Counted from the first letter of the stretch, positions 32,560-47,855 are shown. The stretch is 64,000 nucleotides of DNA from Azolla caroliniana (GCA_043228905.1 JBHGNT010000015.1:2914001-2978000), one strand, 5' to 3'. Made by a program: numbers and translations. Notes: a model not told the origin generated them from the letters alone.

Positions 32560-34719
32560 AAAAGAGCTATTGAAATACCATTTTTGGTGTGGGGAAAAGT
32601 TGCCTTTTGCTTTATTTGTCTAGTAATTCATTCACCACTAGCTTCGCTGCCATTGTATGGTAAGCAAATGATTATTTTTCTTTGTTTATTGATCCAAATT
32701 TCTCTTTTTTGTTTGACATGGCATTCGATCATTGCTTATGTAAACTATTGGCAAAATCATTAATTCTTAACAAACTTTTGTCACCAAACTTGTTCATATT
32801 TTGTTGATTTTCCCATTATCTTGTATATGAATGTTGTATGCAAATGCCTGCTTTTGCATTACTAGATGCACATAAAGAAAATTATTATATTAGAAATTGC
32901 CAAAATGTGGCCTTTTATTCTATGAGAGCTAGCAATCAAATATGAAAGTCAAGTTAAATTTTTTTATACATGGCAGCCCTTCCAGAAATGTACTATGTGA
33001 GATCAAATTCATAAGTTTTACTCCATATTCAAACTCAAAGACCGTTTCATGCTTCCATTTGCATACAAGAATTCATGAAATACTCTAATATGATACTCAC
33101 AATTCTATGAAATATTGATTTATGACATATGTTTTTTAGGATATGCATGCAATTTCTAATATCCATATTTGACGCATTCTAGTGTATGTTAATGCTCTTT
33201 AGAGGTAGTGATCTCATTTATATACATGTTCTATAATAAAATATTGGGCCTTGCAGACGTGTAGATCAAACAATACCAATTTAGTGTCTTTGATGTGCTT
33301 TTTTATTCCTCTATGGATGTGCACGGTCATGAAGCAGATTATGAACCAGAACATGTGAATCTGGAAATCACATAATCAAGCTTTCCAAGGAGAGCGAAAG
33401 CCACAAAAAAGGGATCATATCCTCATAATGGTGGGATGAAATCATCCTTTAATGCGCATGATATCTAATTCATGCATAAGCCGGTAAATTTATGAAATTT
33501 GGTATTATGTGTATGTGACAACATATAAATGTGGGATTGTATGTATAACATGTGTATTTATGTCTTTATGTTGAGATATCTATATTTGTTTCAATGGTTT
33601 GTTATTTATGAAGAAAAGGGGGATAATTCTAGAGTTTTTATTCAATGGAGATACACGGGTACGCTCTATAATTTGTTTTGTTTGAATGGTCACAAAATAA
33701 ATGAGAAGAATAGTATGAACCCAAGGTCATGGTGCAATGGTAACAGGACAAGTAGTATAAAGTGTTGGTCATCACATGTCTTCCAAGTGTCGTGTAGACA
33801 CATTGCAAAAAGGAATTACTTTGTGTACAGGAGCTTTGCACATAATGAATTATATTATGGCGGGCAACATGGGGCTATAATGAATGAACCTTTATGGTTC
33901 TAATATCACAACGATGGAACTTTTGGGTTTTGTTCATGGTGGCTACCCATGAAGAAATTTGAGTTCACATTTTCCCTTGGGCACACACATAGAAAACTTA
34001 TTTTCTATCATGGTTTTTGTTGGATTTTACAAATGTGACTCAAATGGAACAACATCAAATCATGAGGTTCAAAGGTGAGAGTTAGAACACCATCACTTGC
34101 CAAAATTTAGTGAAAGAAGCTAGCATTTTTGTTTTGGTCAAAATTGAGTTAAGTTTTTCAAGTTATATACAAGAAAATACATACATTTCCTAGCGATGAC
34201 ATTCACTAAGCATAAAATTGAGTGGTGGTTGGAAGGAGGTACATGGTCTAATTAGGCCAACACAAAAGAGCATCTCCACAAGTTCCATAGGGAAGTCATC
34301 ATGTTGTTATAAGCTCATGGATAGAGTTACTAATCACTTCTTTTGTGTTGAGTTATTGTGGATGATGAGTGGCTTGTTTTGCTTACATGAACAAGCATCT
34401 CCATGGGTTCCATGGGGAGAATGAATGTTTTCACTTGTGTAGAGAATTTCCATGAACTTATGTTGTTTGACCTTATGAAATCAACCACTTGAAAACTTTA
34501 CTGCAAAGGAATTTAGAATGTCTGTTTTATCCCTTCTTTCTTAGAGCTTAGATCACATGAGGATCAAACATTAAGATATATGTATACAATTGAATTCAAC
34601 ACTTAGTTTATTTTAAGACATTCTCCGACCACCCCCCGATAATCGGCTATTTTCAGATGCACCGAAAGTAGGGTTCATTTCAACCTTGAATCCCGCATAC
34701 TATTTACACAGTTACAAAG

Positions 34720-37290
34720 GTGAAGGAACAAGTCACCATCCCATGCTTGCTGCTTGTTAGTGACTCATCATTGTCTGAGAAACTACTATCTAAACTAACA
34801 AGAGCTTCAAATTTACTACACAAAACAACGGAGGAATTCCTTTTATCCAAAGGTCCAAGGTATGCTAAAACAATGATGTGCAAGCTCAACCAAGACAATG
34901 GCTCGACCATTGGGAATGGCGAAGAAATGAGAAACATTGCCACAACTTACTATAAATGCCTACTTACAAAAGATAGAATAGCCACAAGGGAAGACAAGAG
35001 AGAAGATATTATACGCTAGAACCCAAAACACATGGCTTGCTCATCACCTATCGTTCATCGAAATATGGGAGGCACTCTCCGAGTTGGATGCAGGTAGCTG
35101 CCCTAGAATCAATGGCCTAACTCCTTACTTCGTCACTAACCTTTGGGATATTATTAAAGAAGGCCTCCAAGTGTATGAGGAGATCATCACATTTGGCAAT
35201 ATGCCGAAGGAATATGGATAGGGGATGATACATCTCATTCCCAAAGGTGGTGGGAATGCCAATGACATCAATAAGTGGCAACCTATAACTCTTGTCAATA
35301 CTGTCTACAAGGTGATAGCAAAAATCATGCAATGCCGCCTAGCACCCCTTCTCCCTCAACTCATTTTCTACTCCCAGACGAGATTTGTTAAAAATCGGAG
35401 CATCCTGGACAACCTCTTCTTGTTCTGGGAAGCAGTAGACCTTGCCATGCGTACCAACACCAAGGTGGTTGTGGTGTTTCTAGAATTTGAGAAATCATAT
35501 GAGAAGGTATGCTAGAATTTTCTAGAAAGAGTGATCGGGAAACTTGGCTTCCAAGAGTTTTGGATTAAAGGGGCCCCTTCTTCCAAATATCACGCTGCGT
35601 GTGACAGGGATGCTTGCTTGCTCCATCCCTATTTCTATTATACGTAGAAAGATTCTCTAGATTTCTTAATTCATGGCATCTAAACCTATGTGGACATAGA
35701 ATTTGCGGATGATACCATAGTCTACTGCCAGGGGATGTCAAGAATCTAAAGAAGTTAGAAAGTGGACTATCCTTGTTTTGTGAGAGATCAAACGCCATGA
35801 TCAATTGACATAAATCTTGTGCAATATGGCTATCTAATGAATCACATCCAACTTGGCGCCCACATCCTAGTTTCACGTGGATCAACTAGGGAGAGAACAC
35901 TAGGTATTTGGGTTTCCAAATTGGCTTCAAAATTCTTCCTGAGACAATGATTGCACCAGTTATTCAATCCATTCAACAAAATAAGATACATTGGAGCTTG
36001 AAAAAACTCTAACTAGCAAGACCCATCATAGTGGCAAATCAAGTATGACTTGCAACAACGTTGTATAGCATGTTGGACGATCTCCAAAGGAAGGTTGGAA
36101 GATCTAACCAAAGAATGTGATAGCCCTGTAGATCTTTCCTAGCAAGTTTGATTACCATTGCAAAACATGAATGCCGTGTTTGATTACCACTATACATAAG
36201 ATTCAGTGACTGGTATGCAATTATATTTGGTTTGGTAAGGAAATTTATGTAGCCCGAGCCAAGGTGGCGTAATATGTTCTCACATCACCCAAGTCAAGAG
36301 GAGGGATGAGTCTCACCAAATTTGTGCTGCGAGGACTCTAACAAGAGGATGACTATTCGAAAATGCTACTAAGACTATGCTTCGCTTACTGAGGCTAATT
36401 GGCCCCTCAAATAGGATGGATTCTCTACATGGATCTTAAACCAATATTCTCATGCCAATTGGAGGATAGATTTAGTGCATCCATGTGGAAGGTGTGGTGT
36501 GACATACGATGATAGTTCAAGTGTAGTCAACCTAACTCCGAACCTGTTAGGCTCAATCAACGCATCTTGTGGAACCCATGCATTCGAGATGAATCTAGTA
36601 AACTAATTGGTTCAAGGTGCTATCATGGGGAAATCCGACGTGATCCTTATGTGGGACAAGGAAGCAAATCCATCCCCTTCTTCCAATTCACAACCAGATT
36701 GGGTTGCCACATCCTAACTGCTGAAACCGATAGTGAACTCACTATTACAAAGATATGGCCCACATATCATGTTCCCCATATAACTATTGTCAAGGTTTGA
36801 ACAACAATTATGGAAACAACAACAAGCTAAGAGAATTACCACGTTTCAATGGCTATTAATACACAACTCACTACTAGTTGGAGCACAATAACATGGGATC
36901 CTTTGCTTGCCTAATTGTGTAGTGTGACCCAATCAAATAGAATCAATCCGACACGTTCTATGGGACTACCCCGAGACTCATCGAATATGGCAGGGGTTGG
37001 CTGACTATTGCAATTATGCTAGGTGCAAGACACAACAATGCCAAAGATCAAGTCGTGGTGGAATTGGGTAGCCCAACAACACTATGGACTCTCTAGAAAT
37101 AACGTTGTTGGTAGGTCTTCTCCAATCAACCCGTGCACCAAGAGACGTTATTGTAGTAGATATGGAGTGAAGCTTTAGCCACGCTAAAGAGCCAATATGA
37201 TGGCATCACGGGCGGATCCGATGGTGCCGAAAGGCAACGATTAACATTCATCCAATAATGGCCGCTCTTTCCCTTTCTTGAGTGAGTGAG
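34720..37290 (+). mobile_element. Degraded L1-type LINE, ORF2 (RT) relic
   Basis: IHLIPKGG..KWQPITLVNTVYKVIAK..Q.RFVKNRSILDN..LEFEKSYEKV, FADD relic near 35702, RYLG relic near 35900. Boundaries are approximate. Confidence 0.8.
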
Positions 37291-38475
37291 CCTCCACATA
37301 AGATGAAACTATTGAGTCCCTCATGGGATTTGTATATAACATTCACAGATGTAAAATTTTATAACTAATGGAAGGAGTTTTGTTTTTGGAAAAAACATTT
37401 AGTTTATTTTAAAGGTATTTTTTTAATAGATTACAAGGATGTTTGTGATTATAATTCTTATAGATTACAAATAATTTTGGGAAGAAAATAAATCAAAGTT
37501 ACAAACATTTTGAAACCTTTTACGTAGAGGAGGAGAAATTACAAGGATAAGTAAAAGTTTGGGGGATATCTTTAATTTACAGGGCCTAGTCTATGATAGA
37601 AAAAAATGTAGCCCTATTCATGATAGGCTTCCCACATGCCCTTGTGATTGTTCGCTACCCCATGTCACATTTTGTTGTGTACGGCTAGATATTAGAATCC
37701 CAAAACTAGTGATATATAGTGCTCTTTTTATAGCTTTCCCGATAGGTGTTGCCACTTAAAACTAGCATTCTCTATTTTAACTTGCACTTGTCCGTTTAAT
37801 TCTTGCATGGGAGCCTCATTCTGGCAAAATATAAGACGACTTATTTACATTTACAACATGGTTCTCATCTCTTCGGTACTTTTTATGGGCTTTGGAACTT
37901 TTCCCCTTTTGACTAAGGGTTAACATTTACCATTTAACCTATGCTTTTTATCATATTAATATTTTTTCCCCCCTTTTTCTTTTGATGATCACTTGGACCA
38001 GAATCCCAAACCTTTAGAGAACTTTCCTTTTCTGTGCTTTTCCCCCTTTGCGCATGCCACATCATGACATCTTGTAGTGGAGATAGGAATTGACGATGCA
38101 AATATTTTGGCAAATAGTCAATTGGAGAAACAAATAATGCGAAACACTTTCTTGGAGAAGGAGCAAGAATAAAGGAATTTGATGCTATTGATAATATTGA
38201 TAGAGAGCACCTCCTAATGTTTTCTAAAATTCTAAATGACATTAGAAATTATAAAAATAAGAGATTACATCACACAACATATGCAATGTCCTTGTTCCGC
38301 CCTATAGTATCATTCCACCTTTGCATTTTGTCTTCAGTTTATGGGATTCATGTACTATCATCCCAAGAGCTTTCTCTTTAGGGTTAGAGAGTTTTTCGTC
38401 ACCAACACTGGCAAGAAGGAGATAAGCCAACATTTATGACAATTTGATCTGAAAAAGAAATATAGCTTACGAAGA

Positions 38476-41400
38476 ATGATTGGAAGGGATTTCATCTACA
38501 AGAATTATATGTGTTTCAATGTGATGCACATGATAACGAAGATTGCAAACTATGTTCCAAATATGAAACTCACAGAGCATGAGGAAAGGAGAGCATTATT
38601 AGGATCAAGGAAGGAGAAAGAGGTAACAGTGACTTTGGATACATTGTGTGGGCATTGGATGAATTTATGTGATAGTTTTTAATGGTTGGTTTGGCACACA
38701 AGGAAGACATATATATATGGAGTTGTTGCATGTTGTAGGGGACGAAATAATTACTTCAATTTATATAACATCACAGGTAAAGAAAATGTGATGGCATGCA
38801 CGAGTTTCACTACATATGGCAACTTTTTAGCTAAGCCAATTTCAATTTTTGAAGTAAGAGTTGCTCGGGATGCAATTGCCTCCCATGTATGCCTTGGTAT
38901 TGATGGGCTTTCGCCATATTTTTTCCAGAATTATTGGGAATTATTGGGAACGATATTACTGTTTCATTCCAAGAGGTGTTTGACACTAGAATTATGCCAA
39001 GTAAATGGATAGAAGGTATGATATATCTTATTCCTAAGTTGGAATGGGTAGTGGCTGATATTAGGAAATGGCGACCTATTACTATATTGAATACCATTTA
39101 CAAAATATATGCTAAGTTGTTGGCTATGAGATTGCAACCTTTTTTAACTGACATCATTCATAACACCCAAAAATGGTTCTTACAAGATAGGAGTATATTG
39201 GATAACATTTTCTTATTTTGGGACACAGTTGCAATTTCACAAGAAAGGAAAGAGGATTTAGCTATCTTGTTGTTGGATTTTGAAAAGGTTTATGATAGGG
39301 TAGAGTGGTTTATGGAGAAGCTATCTTTTTTGAGGGGCACTATGGAGAAGCTAGGTTTTCCTAATCAATGGCTAACGATTGTTTCCGCTCTTTACAACTC
39401 AGCTACTAGTAGGGTATTAGTAGCTGGAGAGCTAGGCCAAGCATTTTCAATTTCGAAGTAATGTGAGACAAGGATGTGATTTAGCTCCTTTTTTATATTT
39501 GATGATTGGAGAAGCTTTTAGTAGTTTTCTTATAAGTAATGTTGAGAATATAAAAAGACTGCAATGGCCTTGGTTAGAGGAGCAAATTGTGGATTGTCAA
39601 TTGGCTGATGATACAAAGCTGTATTTGCAAGGTTCTCACAATAATCTGTGTAGAGTACAACGAGCTATTGATAATTTTTGTTATGCTCCTGGAACTATTA
39701 TTAATTGGAATAAGTTGGTGGGATTTTCGGTAAGTACCACAATAAACCCCTTGTGGTGTCCACATGAAGGTTTTCAATGGATTCCACATGGTAAACCTGT
39801 AGGAAACTTGGGATGTTAGGTAGGAATTAACATTTTACCGGAAGATCATATAACTCATTTGTTGCTTGCTATTAGGAAGAAATTGTTATATTGGAATGCT
39901 GCTAAATTGTCATTCGCAGGTCGGGTTGTTGTTGCCAATCAAGTATTGTTGGCTTCCATGTGGTACATTTTGTCAGCTTGGTTGTGTACACGTTCGGCTT
40001 TATCACAATTACAAAGGCTTATTAGAAATTTCCTTTGGGGATCTAAAGATGGTTCATATGTGAGAGCCAAAGTATCTTGGAAAGTCATTAGAGCTCCAAA
40101 GGACGAGGGGGGTCTTGGATTGATTGATCCTCTATTACAATGTAAGGCATTTCTAGGAAATTTTATTATAAGTGGCTTGTTGCCAGGTGGGGAGCTCTTG
40201 CATACTCTAAGAGGTCAATATGAGGCAATACATGGTGAGCCTGATGTTGTGTTTTGCAAGCAACAACAATTTCGAGAATTTGGAAAAAGGCAGAGCTCTT
40301 CACCTATTTTGGGGACATTATTGGACATTGTTGAGGGTTTTGAACAAGCTAATAATGTTGTTGGTAAGATTATAATGTGAGACATAATGGAAATTGAGGC
40401 ATGCCATGAGATTTTCTTTGATGAGAAGTTTTTAGATAATGTTACTCATATTCTAGCTCTTATGAAACCAATAATATTGATGCTTAGAAATGTGGATGAC
40501 CCCTTTCCTTGCATTGGCAAGATATACAATAGCATGTAAATATTGATTTACATATTTGAATAACATTGAGCGTGAAATGATATACTTAGAGTTGATTTGG
40601 TTACTAGCTTGTTTTAAAGATAGAGAAGGCATTCATCCCTCTGTAATATATGACTTAGTTTTCTGTTGTACAAAACTAAATTGTAGAATATAATTCACGT
40701 CCTTGTATATATCTTTGTTCTTGAGTCTCAATGAAGTGATCAAGAAGCGAGATGCTTGTTATGCAAGGATGGAAACAAATACTAGATAAACTGGCTCTTG
40801 ATAATGACATAAGAAATGCATGGGATGTTTGCAACAAGAAATGCTAAGATGGAGCATTATTTGTGTAAATGCCACATTGTGATGGGAAGAAAATTAGGCA
40901 CAAGAAAAAGAATTGCATTGGCTTGTTGAATTGTATCAAACACTTGTATGTTGAAACCTACAAGATGAGCAATGGCTTAGTTTTTTTGGGAACAAATAAA
41001 CATTTGATTGAGCGTTCTTCTATAATTGATAATGCACACGAAACATTGCTTGGGTCACACAAGGACGAATGTAATATTCCAATTATAGTAATGGGGAAGA
41101 GTCAAATCATGAGGATAATTTGGATGTTGACAACAAGGGTGTTGATGACATTGATGCACTTGGGTAGTTGGAACAAAATGGAGTTAATTTTTATTTCTAG
41201 TTTATATAGCTCTTATATATGTATACTTGTAACTTAAATTTAAAGCTTGGTTTAAAGATGAACTTTGAAGTTTTGAGGAATCAAGTGTGGACTTATGAAG
41301 TCACAAGAGTTTTATGAATAAAACTATTTGAAACACGTATTTTATTATGCATTGCCATATGATGTCTTATGTCTCAATGAGAGTTTGAATATGTTTTAAA

Positions 41401-41600
41401 ACTTAAGAGTATCATTACATATTGATTAAAAATGGTTTGGCTTATAAGTTCATCTCCCATGTATCATTTTTCTATTCCAAGTGTTCTATGACGATCCATA
41501 GGCAAAAAGGCACCAAATCCGGTACTCAAAATTTGGAAATTCGAATGTTATGCGTTCTCGTTCGGATTCCCGAACCTATAATGTCCTTCTTTGCAAAATG
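38476..41600 (+). mobile_element. hAT-type transposase relic interrupted by a LINE
   Basis: FIYKNYMCFNV..RRALL..W..CDSF*W (38476-38700) and FFDEKFLDNVTHILALMKPIILMLRNVDDPFPCIGKIY (about 40413-40530) resemble plant hAT transposase motifs. Heavily decayed; TIRs not identified. Confidence 0.45.
38780..40200 (+). mobile_element. Degraded L1-type LINE RT fragment
   Basis: IYLIPK..KWRPITILNTIYKI..LDFEKVYDRVEW..RQGCDLAPFLY..LADD..SFAGRVVVANQVL..PKDEGGLG. Confidence 0.88.
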
Positions 41601-44600
41601 TTGCCGTTACCGATAAGTATTTATAATTTTGAGCCTATAGAATTTGTTAGGAGTATGTATGTACTTACCAAAAGATTTCATTTGTAATTGGCATTGTAGA
41701 GATCATATAAGGAAATGACACTATTTATTCATAAGGAATCAGCAAAGAAGAGGGAGGCGGCACGCTTTAGAATAAACTCTATGGTAATACAACTAATATA
41801 CAACCAGGACTCGTATATTATTCAGTTCTTGTCAATCAGAATCTGTACAAAATACCGCTAGTTTTGATGCCATTAATCCTGAAACTCTGAACAAATCTCT
41901 GATTAAGACGGATGGATGATCGGAGTCGTAAGTGCAGATTATCGTCAGAAATAGGAGATTATGACACAGGGGCTTTTTGTTCTTCACGGCAGAATTCGTT
42001 TGATGTAGTTGAAGGAGAAACAGAGGCAACCAGAATCGCTAATGAAAAGACAGGAGATGGGGATGTTTAGTTGTGCATAGTTAAATGAAATTTAAAGAGT
42101 CTTTTTTGACCAAGGTGATATCACATGCATAGAGTCTTACAAGTTTGGGGCCATTGAAACGGAGCCAACGAAATGATGGGAGTGGCCGATACAATTGACG
42201 AGAAAAGTTAACGACAATCGAGTATCGGTCTGAATGTTCATGTTATAATGTTAATTATATGGCTTGATTGATGATACCGTGAGCGAAATGATATAGTAGC
42301 ATAGGATGCGTCCACTTATAATCTTGGTAGACATCCTCGTACGCCCACTTACAATCTCGGCAAACACATCCTCATATTGATTTAGTATGAGGATGTGTTT
42401 GCCCTAAATGTATAACTGAGGTCATGTAATATCCCCCTTGTAAACCGAGAAAGGCATTTGGAATATATCCACATATCTCGACCAGAACCGCGAAACATAT
42501 TGAATCCCTGGAATTGAACGAACACGAGAGAAATATATACGGGTACAAAAATAACATGCCGCTAGTAATGTAAGGTGGTCTATAGGGTTTGCGTTAAGAT
42601 CACTTTTTGTTTTCGGTATGTTTGATTGTTCAATAAGGATCCACAAAATTTGAGCAAATTGCTAGATATTTTGCAAATCTATGCTTATTTTCAAATGGAC
42701 AAGCAAGCCTCGGGATTGTCCTTCCAATAGATATGTATCTAAGAGTGTTAATGTATAGTTGTTGCACCCAAAACAAGAGTAGATGTTTTAGGAAACAAGA
42801 GTTTGGGATCATCCATTGGTGTTGGCGTCGTTAAGAGAATTTAGGATTCACATAAGGAAGGGTCTCCCATAGTGAAGCTGCATAACCATAGTTTCTAAAG
42901 AAGGGGAGCTTAAATCTCTAAATGCGGTTCATTGTGAGCAAATTAAGATGGTAATTGGATATGTATATGACTTTAATTATATGATGAATTGATGTGAAAT
43001 GGAGATACTTATCTGCATCGGTATATGGACCAAAAGGATTATTTTAAAATTATAACAATGAAAACATTAATTATGCATGATATAATGCTAGAATTGATCA
43101 AATTAATAATTTGAGTATAATAAGAGTTCCATTTATATAATACATAAAAAGCATGACATGGTGTTATAAATAATATAGTGGTATTAGAACATAGTTTCAT
43201 TTTAGCAATGGTAAACATCCTGGATTGGACTTTATGTGAGGAATAAGGAACATGTGTAAAGAGTTAAAAATATGTATTTTGTGTAGCCCATGACAAGATT
43301 CTAGTCAACAAAACAAGTATGACCAGTAAAATTTATATTGATATAGGTTAATGTTTCAAACTTGTATGCATTAGTATGAATGCTTTTCCCTTGCATTAAG
43401 AAAGCCTACTTTGAGTTGTCATTTCTTTGCTAGTCATTCATATGACAAAGTGTAGTACTTTGACATTGTCAATAGTGGTCCAATGATAAATATAATTGCG
43501 AGGGCGTTTTTTAATTCATGTGAGTCTAAACAATGTTGAAAGGAAACTAATATTACAGTTAATGGCAAACCAAGTATCTAAATCTTAACTAAATCCTCCA
43601 ATTGTTGGTTTCTTCAAAATTTGTTATTGAATGGCAAGGTAACAATATATTGGGCCTTTAATGCATTATACAACCAACAACACTCAATGTCCTCACTCCT
43701 TATTGCTTACAAATTGACAAACCCACCTCATTGAAATCTAACATTAAAGTAAACAAATACCATGATGAACAAAACAGACAAAAAAGATAACTTTGCCATA
43801 TAAAAGGTAATGGACCAATGGTGACAAAGAACCAAGCACTACACTAAGTGGAAAAAGCTACAGTGGCTCACATATGTCCCAAGATTGTATTTTTAACGTT
43901 GCCCTTATCCAAACAATTTGGCTTTGGTACTTAACTTTTTAAACTAAGAAAATCTACTCATTTGCAACCACTATGGTGGAAAGATGTTTTTTTAAATGTT
44001 GAATCACATTAATTATGGCAGGCTATCTCATATGCTAATTAATATTATTATCAAATGACTTTACTTGATGTCAGATGCTGATTTTTCTGAAATTCAATGC
44101 TAATTTTTATTATTATCAAATGGCTTTACTTGATGTCAGATGCCAAAATTTATGACTCTCTATCTGGAGTTGAGCACTCATCTACATATATTGATTCTTG
44201 TCAACATGTTGTGCTAAATTAATGAATGTTAATTGCATGGACATGAGTTTGCATTAATTATTGTAGAATAATGCTTACTTATGCATGAATCCACATAAAT
44301 TAGTGTTAATTATGATGAGAGTTGCTACTAATTACTGTAGTCAAATGACTAGTTAGGATATGATGTATTATGAAAGTCTATTTCTAAGAAGATCAATACT
44401 CAACACAATGACAAAGAAGATGCCATGAAGAAGACCGCCACAAAAGAAAGGGCGAAGACCCCAACTCAAGAAAGTAAAAAGTTCCCAACTAAAAAACGTA
44501 AGAAGACCTTGACGAAACAAAGTGGCATTCAAGTTGGATGGAAAGACTTTACTCGTCACCGTTCAACACATTATAGAATATCCTCAAGTATCACGTATGC

Positions 44601-45087
44601 ATTCACAAGTGGAAGGATAAGGACTATTCCGTTGGATTTTGGGGCTTCTTTAACCATTTCATAAAACACATTGATACCAGTATCACACGTTCTTAAAAAT
44701 TTGATGGAAAAGCTTAAAATTCCGCCATTTCATAAAATTGATAATTCACAAAATTTGGCAAAATATGAAGAGTTACATTGTGTATTTTTTGTTACAAATT
44801 TGGCCAAATGACAACTAATGTTTTTTGTGATAAACAATCTTCATAAGGAGCGATAGATTTCAAAACAATTAACCTTTATATCATTCAAGTTCTTATAAGC
44901 TTAACTTTGTTACACTTCGATGACAAAAATGCATCTCTGTCATCACTCCTTTCATAAGAATCACTATTATAACTAATATATAATGGCGACTCTTCCTCGT
45001 CATCTTCCGATGTACCAATCAAAACATTGTCTTCATCTAAAACCAAAATTAATGGTGTGACTCCAAATTATGTGTACAAGATCTAGT

Positions 45088-47855
45088 TCACCTTCGATTT
45101 GAGACACCTTGGAGACTTGGTAATTTCTCTTTTATTATGTCTATCGTTGACTTCTTTAAACGTCCAACTTTTGTTAATGTAAAGTCGTACACAATGATAT
45201 CCACCTCACTAATGTCAAGGGTCAATGTGTTATGCATATTTATTTTCCTCTTGACCTTGGGCATTCCAGTATCTCTAATGATACTTGCTTGTAGATACAT
45301 TTTTGCTTCTAGTGTTGTACCAATGCACCTTTATAGACCTAATCTAATTTTGGTTTTTATGCATCACCACATCCAACACTTTACCAATCCAGAATTGGTG
45401 CCCTAGGTCATTGTCTTCTGTAGGTGTGGAAATTAACATCCCAACCTTCACTTCTTGCAAGTTTCCTTGCCACCTAGCTTTTGCTGTTTTTTTCGTCCTT
45501 GGTCCCACATAAATGTCTCTTTGTTGTGGATGGAGCAAACTGTCAAGATTCACATTAGGTGCATAAAGTGGCGATTGAGAACCATGAGGGTGTTGTATAG
45601 ACCACATAAATGGCATTTGCAAAGTCCAATTAGATGCGGCACAATTATTAATAATTCCTTGTCGATCACTATTTAAGAACACGTGCCACGATGATATATC
45701 TTGTTATGCAACATACTTCTTTGCATTATCAATATGCTTGCTTTTGTCATGAATCCATGAACATTATGTGGCTTCACTTGGGCTTGAACCCAAAACCTTG
45801 TAATACATAATTAGGAACCTAACCATTAAGATAGCATATGATTATATGAAATAATAAAAACTACTTCTTGTAATAGATTGATATTGTAAATGTTCTAGAA
45901 CATCCTAGAACATTCTAGAATATCCTAGAACATCTTAGAATATTCTAGGTCTAGAACATTATAGAAATCACTAGGTTATTCTATAGGAACCTATAAATAT
46001 GGACATACAATTCTTCTCAAAACCAATTCGAATAAACACCAGTCTTAAGCTCTCATCGCCTATCTTGTATCCATTCTTATTCTACTTTAATACATTCATT
46101 CTTATCTTATCATTTCATTCCTCTTTTTGTGATCTCTTTATATCTTTCTTCCATCACTTTACCTTCTCTCTTGGTTCTGACAGCTTTTATCTTTTAAGGC
46201 TTGCATCCAAAAGTTCCCTATCATCTACTAACTCAATGTGCATTTACTTTTTAACCTCAATTGGCATGTGTTTTGCACCATAAACATTAGTAAATGGCAT
46301 GTGAAGCAAGAATTGGCAACCGCCTTTAGGTTCCCATTGTGAGGAAGATGAATACTGCTTTGCATGCAACAATGTACAACCACTTAGATAATTTTTCTTT
46401 ATTATAAAGAAAATGTGATTGAAGTTTACATTGTTTAATTGGACTGAAACTTTAACATTCCCCTCCCCACCATCTAATATGTATCTCTTAAAGTCATATA
46501 TCTCCTTTAAGTGGATTACATTCGGATGTGGCGTATATGCATCACAAATGACATCAAATAAATTTGGTAATGTGAAAGCATCATATCGAGACAATTGTCT
46601 TGAGAATGTAGTGAACATATGATCAATATGGTCATGTGTGTGACCAACCAAAAGAAAGTTAACTTTCAATTTTCTAAACATTCCCTAGTTGACCAACATA
46701 CTAAAATCTTCGAAGACTATTGAATTCTTGTTCTCGCTAGCTGTGTTCCCCAATTGAATGTAGAGAACAAGGGGCAATGGGTACCCCCAACACATCAAAA
46801 CCCGCTGAATCATAATAACTATTAAGTTGGGGTCATTGTGGACATTTGGGTAAGTAATGAAGACATGAGGTTTAAGTGTCCCACCAATTGCATTTGAATG
46901 AGACATTTGTCATTGTGAGATAGACATGTCTTCTTCTGATCCATACCATCGATCATTAGACACATGTATTGTTATGGATTCTTCAATGAATTCTGTCTAT
47001 GGTGCATCGCTTTCTTTCGCTCCAATGCTTGGGCTTCACGATGGTCCTATAACGAATTCTTATTGATGTCCTTTTCCTTTGTTGTTTTAACACCTTTAGC
47101 CATGATCTTGAGGTATGGACAAACCGAACAATACCCCATGTGTACTTTTCGAGGTATGATAATGTTAGTAAATTGTGTTGTCCACAATCTTGTAAACTGG
47201 CTGTAGGTGACGTATTTATCACTTGATGTATACATTTTCAATTTTTAGGCGGCATATACTTCTCGCCGTGTGTAATTACATGAGAGATGCAATCTACCTA
47301 TAGTTGGCATTACTTCACAATTAAGCTCCAATTGATTACATGTCTTCAAACTGCACCCTTGATACTTGGAACATTGGTCGCAATTGACACTGAGATCAAC
47401 ATTGAGAACTCGTTTTTGCATTCTATGTAATCTCATGTTGCTAGCACATAACGAATTTTTGAATGCAACTCTACAACATTGTTGTGCAGTCAAGATATAA
47501 TACTTTAAAGAGATCGAGATGTCTGATGATATGTTGGACACCATCTGCATGTGTGTCATAAAATAAGTGACATGCTCATCACTAGTGAGTGAAAAATAGG
47601 AACACCTCAATGCCCGTGACTTATGCTTTCAAATCATCTTTTAAACCTGTCTTAAAATATGAGGATACGTCTCATATTGAACCATTACATAGGAAGATTG
47701 TACCATTTGAATTGATAACAAAAGCAAAGGTAACACTCTTAGAAAAGAGAGAAGACTTATTGCTTTGTTGGAACACTCCTCTTTTGTACATCTTGGGTCC
47801 TTTCTCTTCCACATTTGCACTAGAATTGTTTAGCTTAAACAATAAAAATTTTTAG
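45088..47855 (-). mobile_element. Degraded DDE transposase of Sola-like (DUF7869-type) family
   Basis: Colinear minus-strand fragments: CCRVAF, VMPTIGRLHL, SQFTRLW..CSVC, IDGMDQKKT, LYIQLGNTASENKN, FLLVGHTHDHID, FWIGKV. The family name comes from motif recall, not a search. Confidence 0.6.
45745..46182 (+). mobile_element. Solo LTR (438 bp) of a third Tcn1-type family
   Basis: TGTCATGA...CTGACA termini, perfect 5-bp TSD GCTTT (45740-45744 and 46183-46187), HSE-like array 45893-45945, TATAAAT near 45992. Confidence 0.88.

Noticed and set aside
44045-44145. Two copies of a roughly 35-bp sequence (ATTATCAAATG.CTTTACTTGATGTCAGATGC)
   Set aside because: Isolated local duplication in AT-rich DNA with no further structure.
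44425-44664. Lys-rich 79-aa ORF
   Set aside because: No recognisable domain or gene structure.
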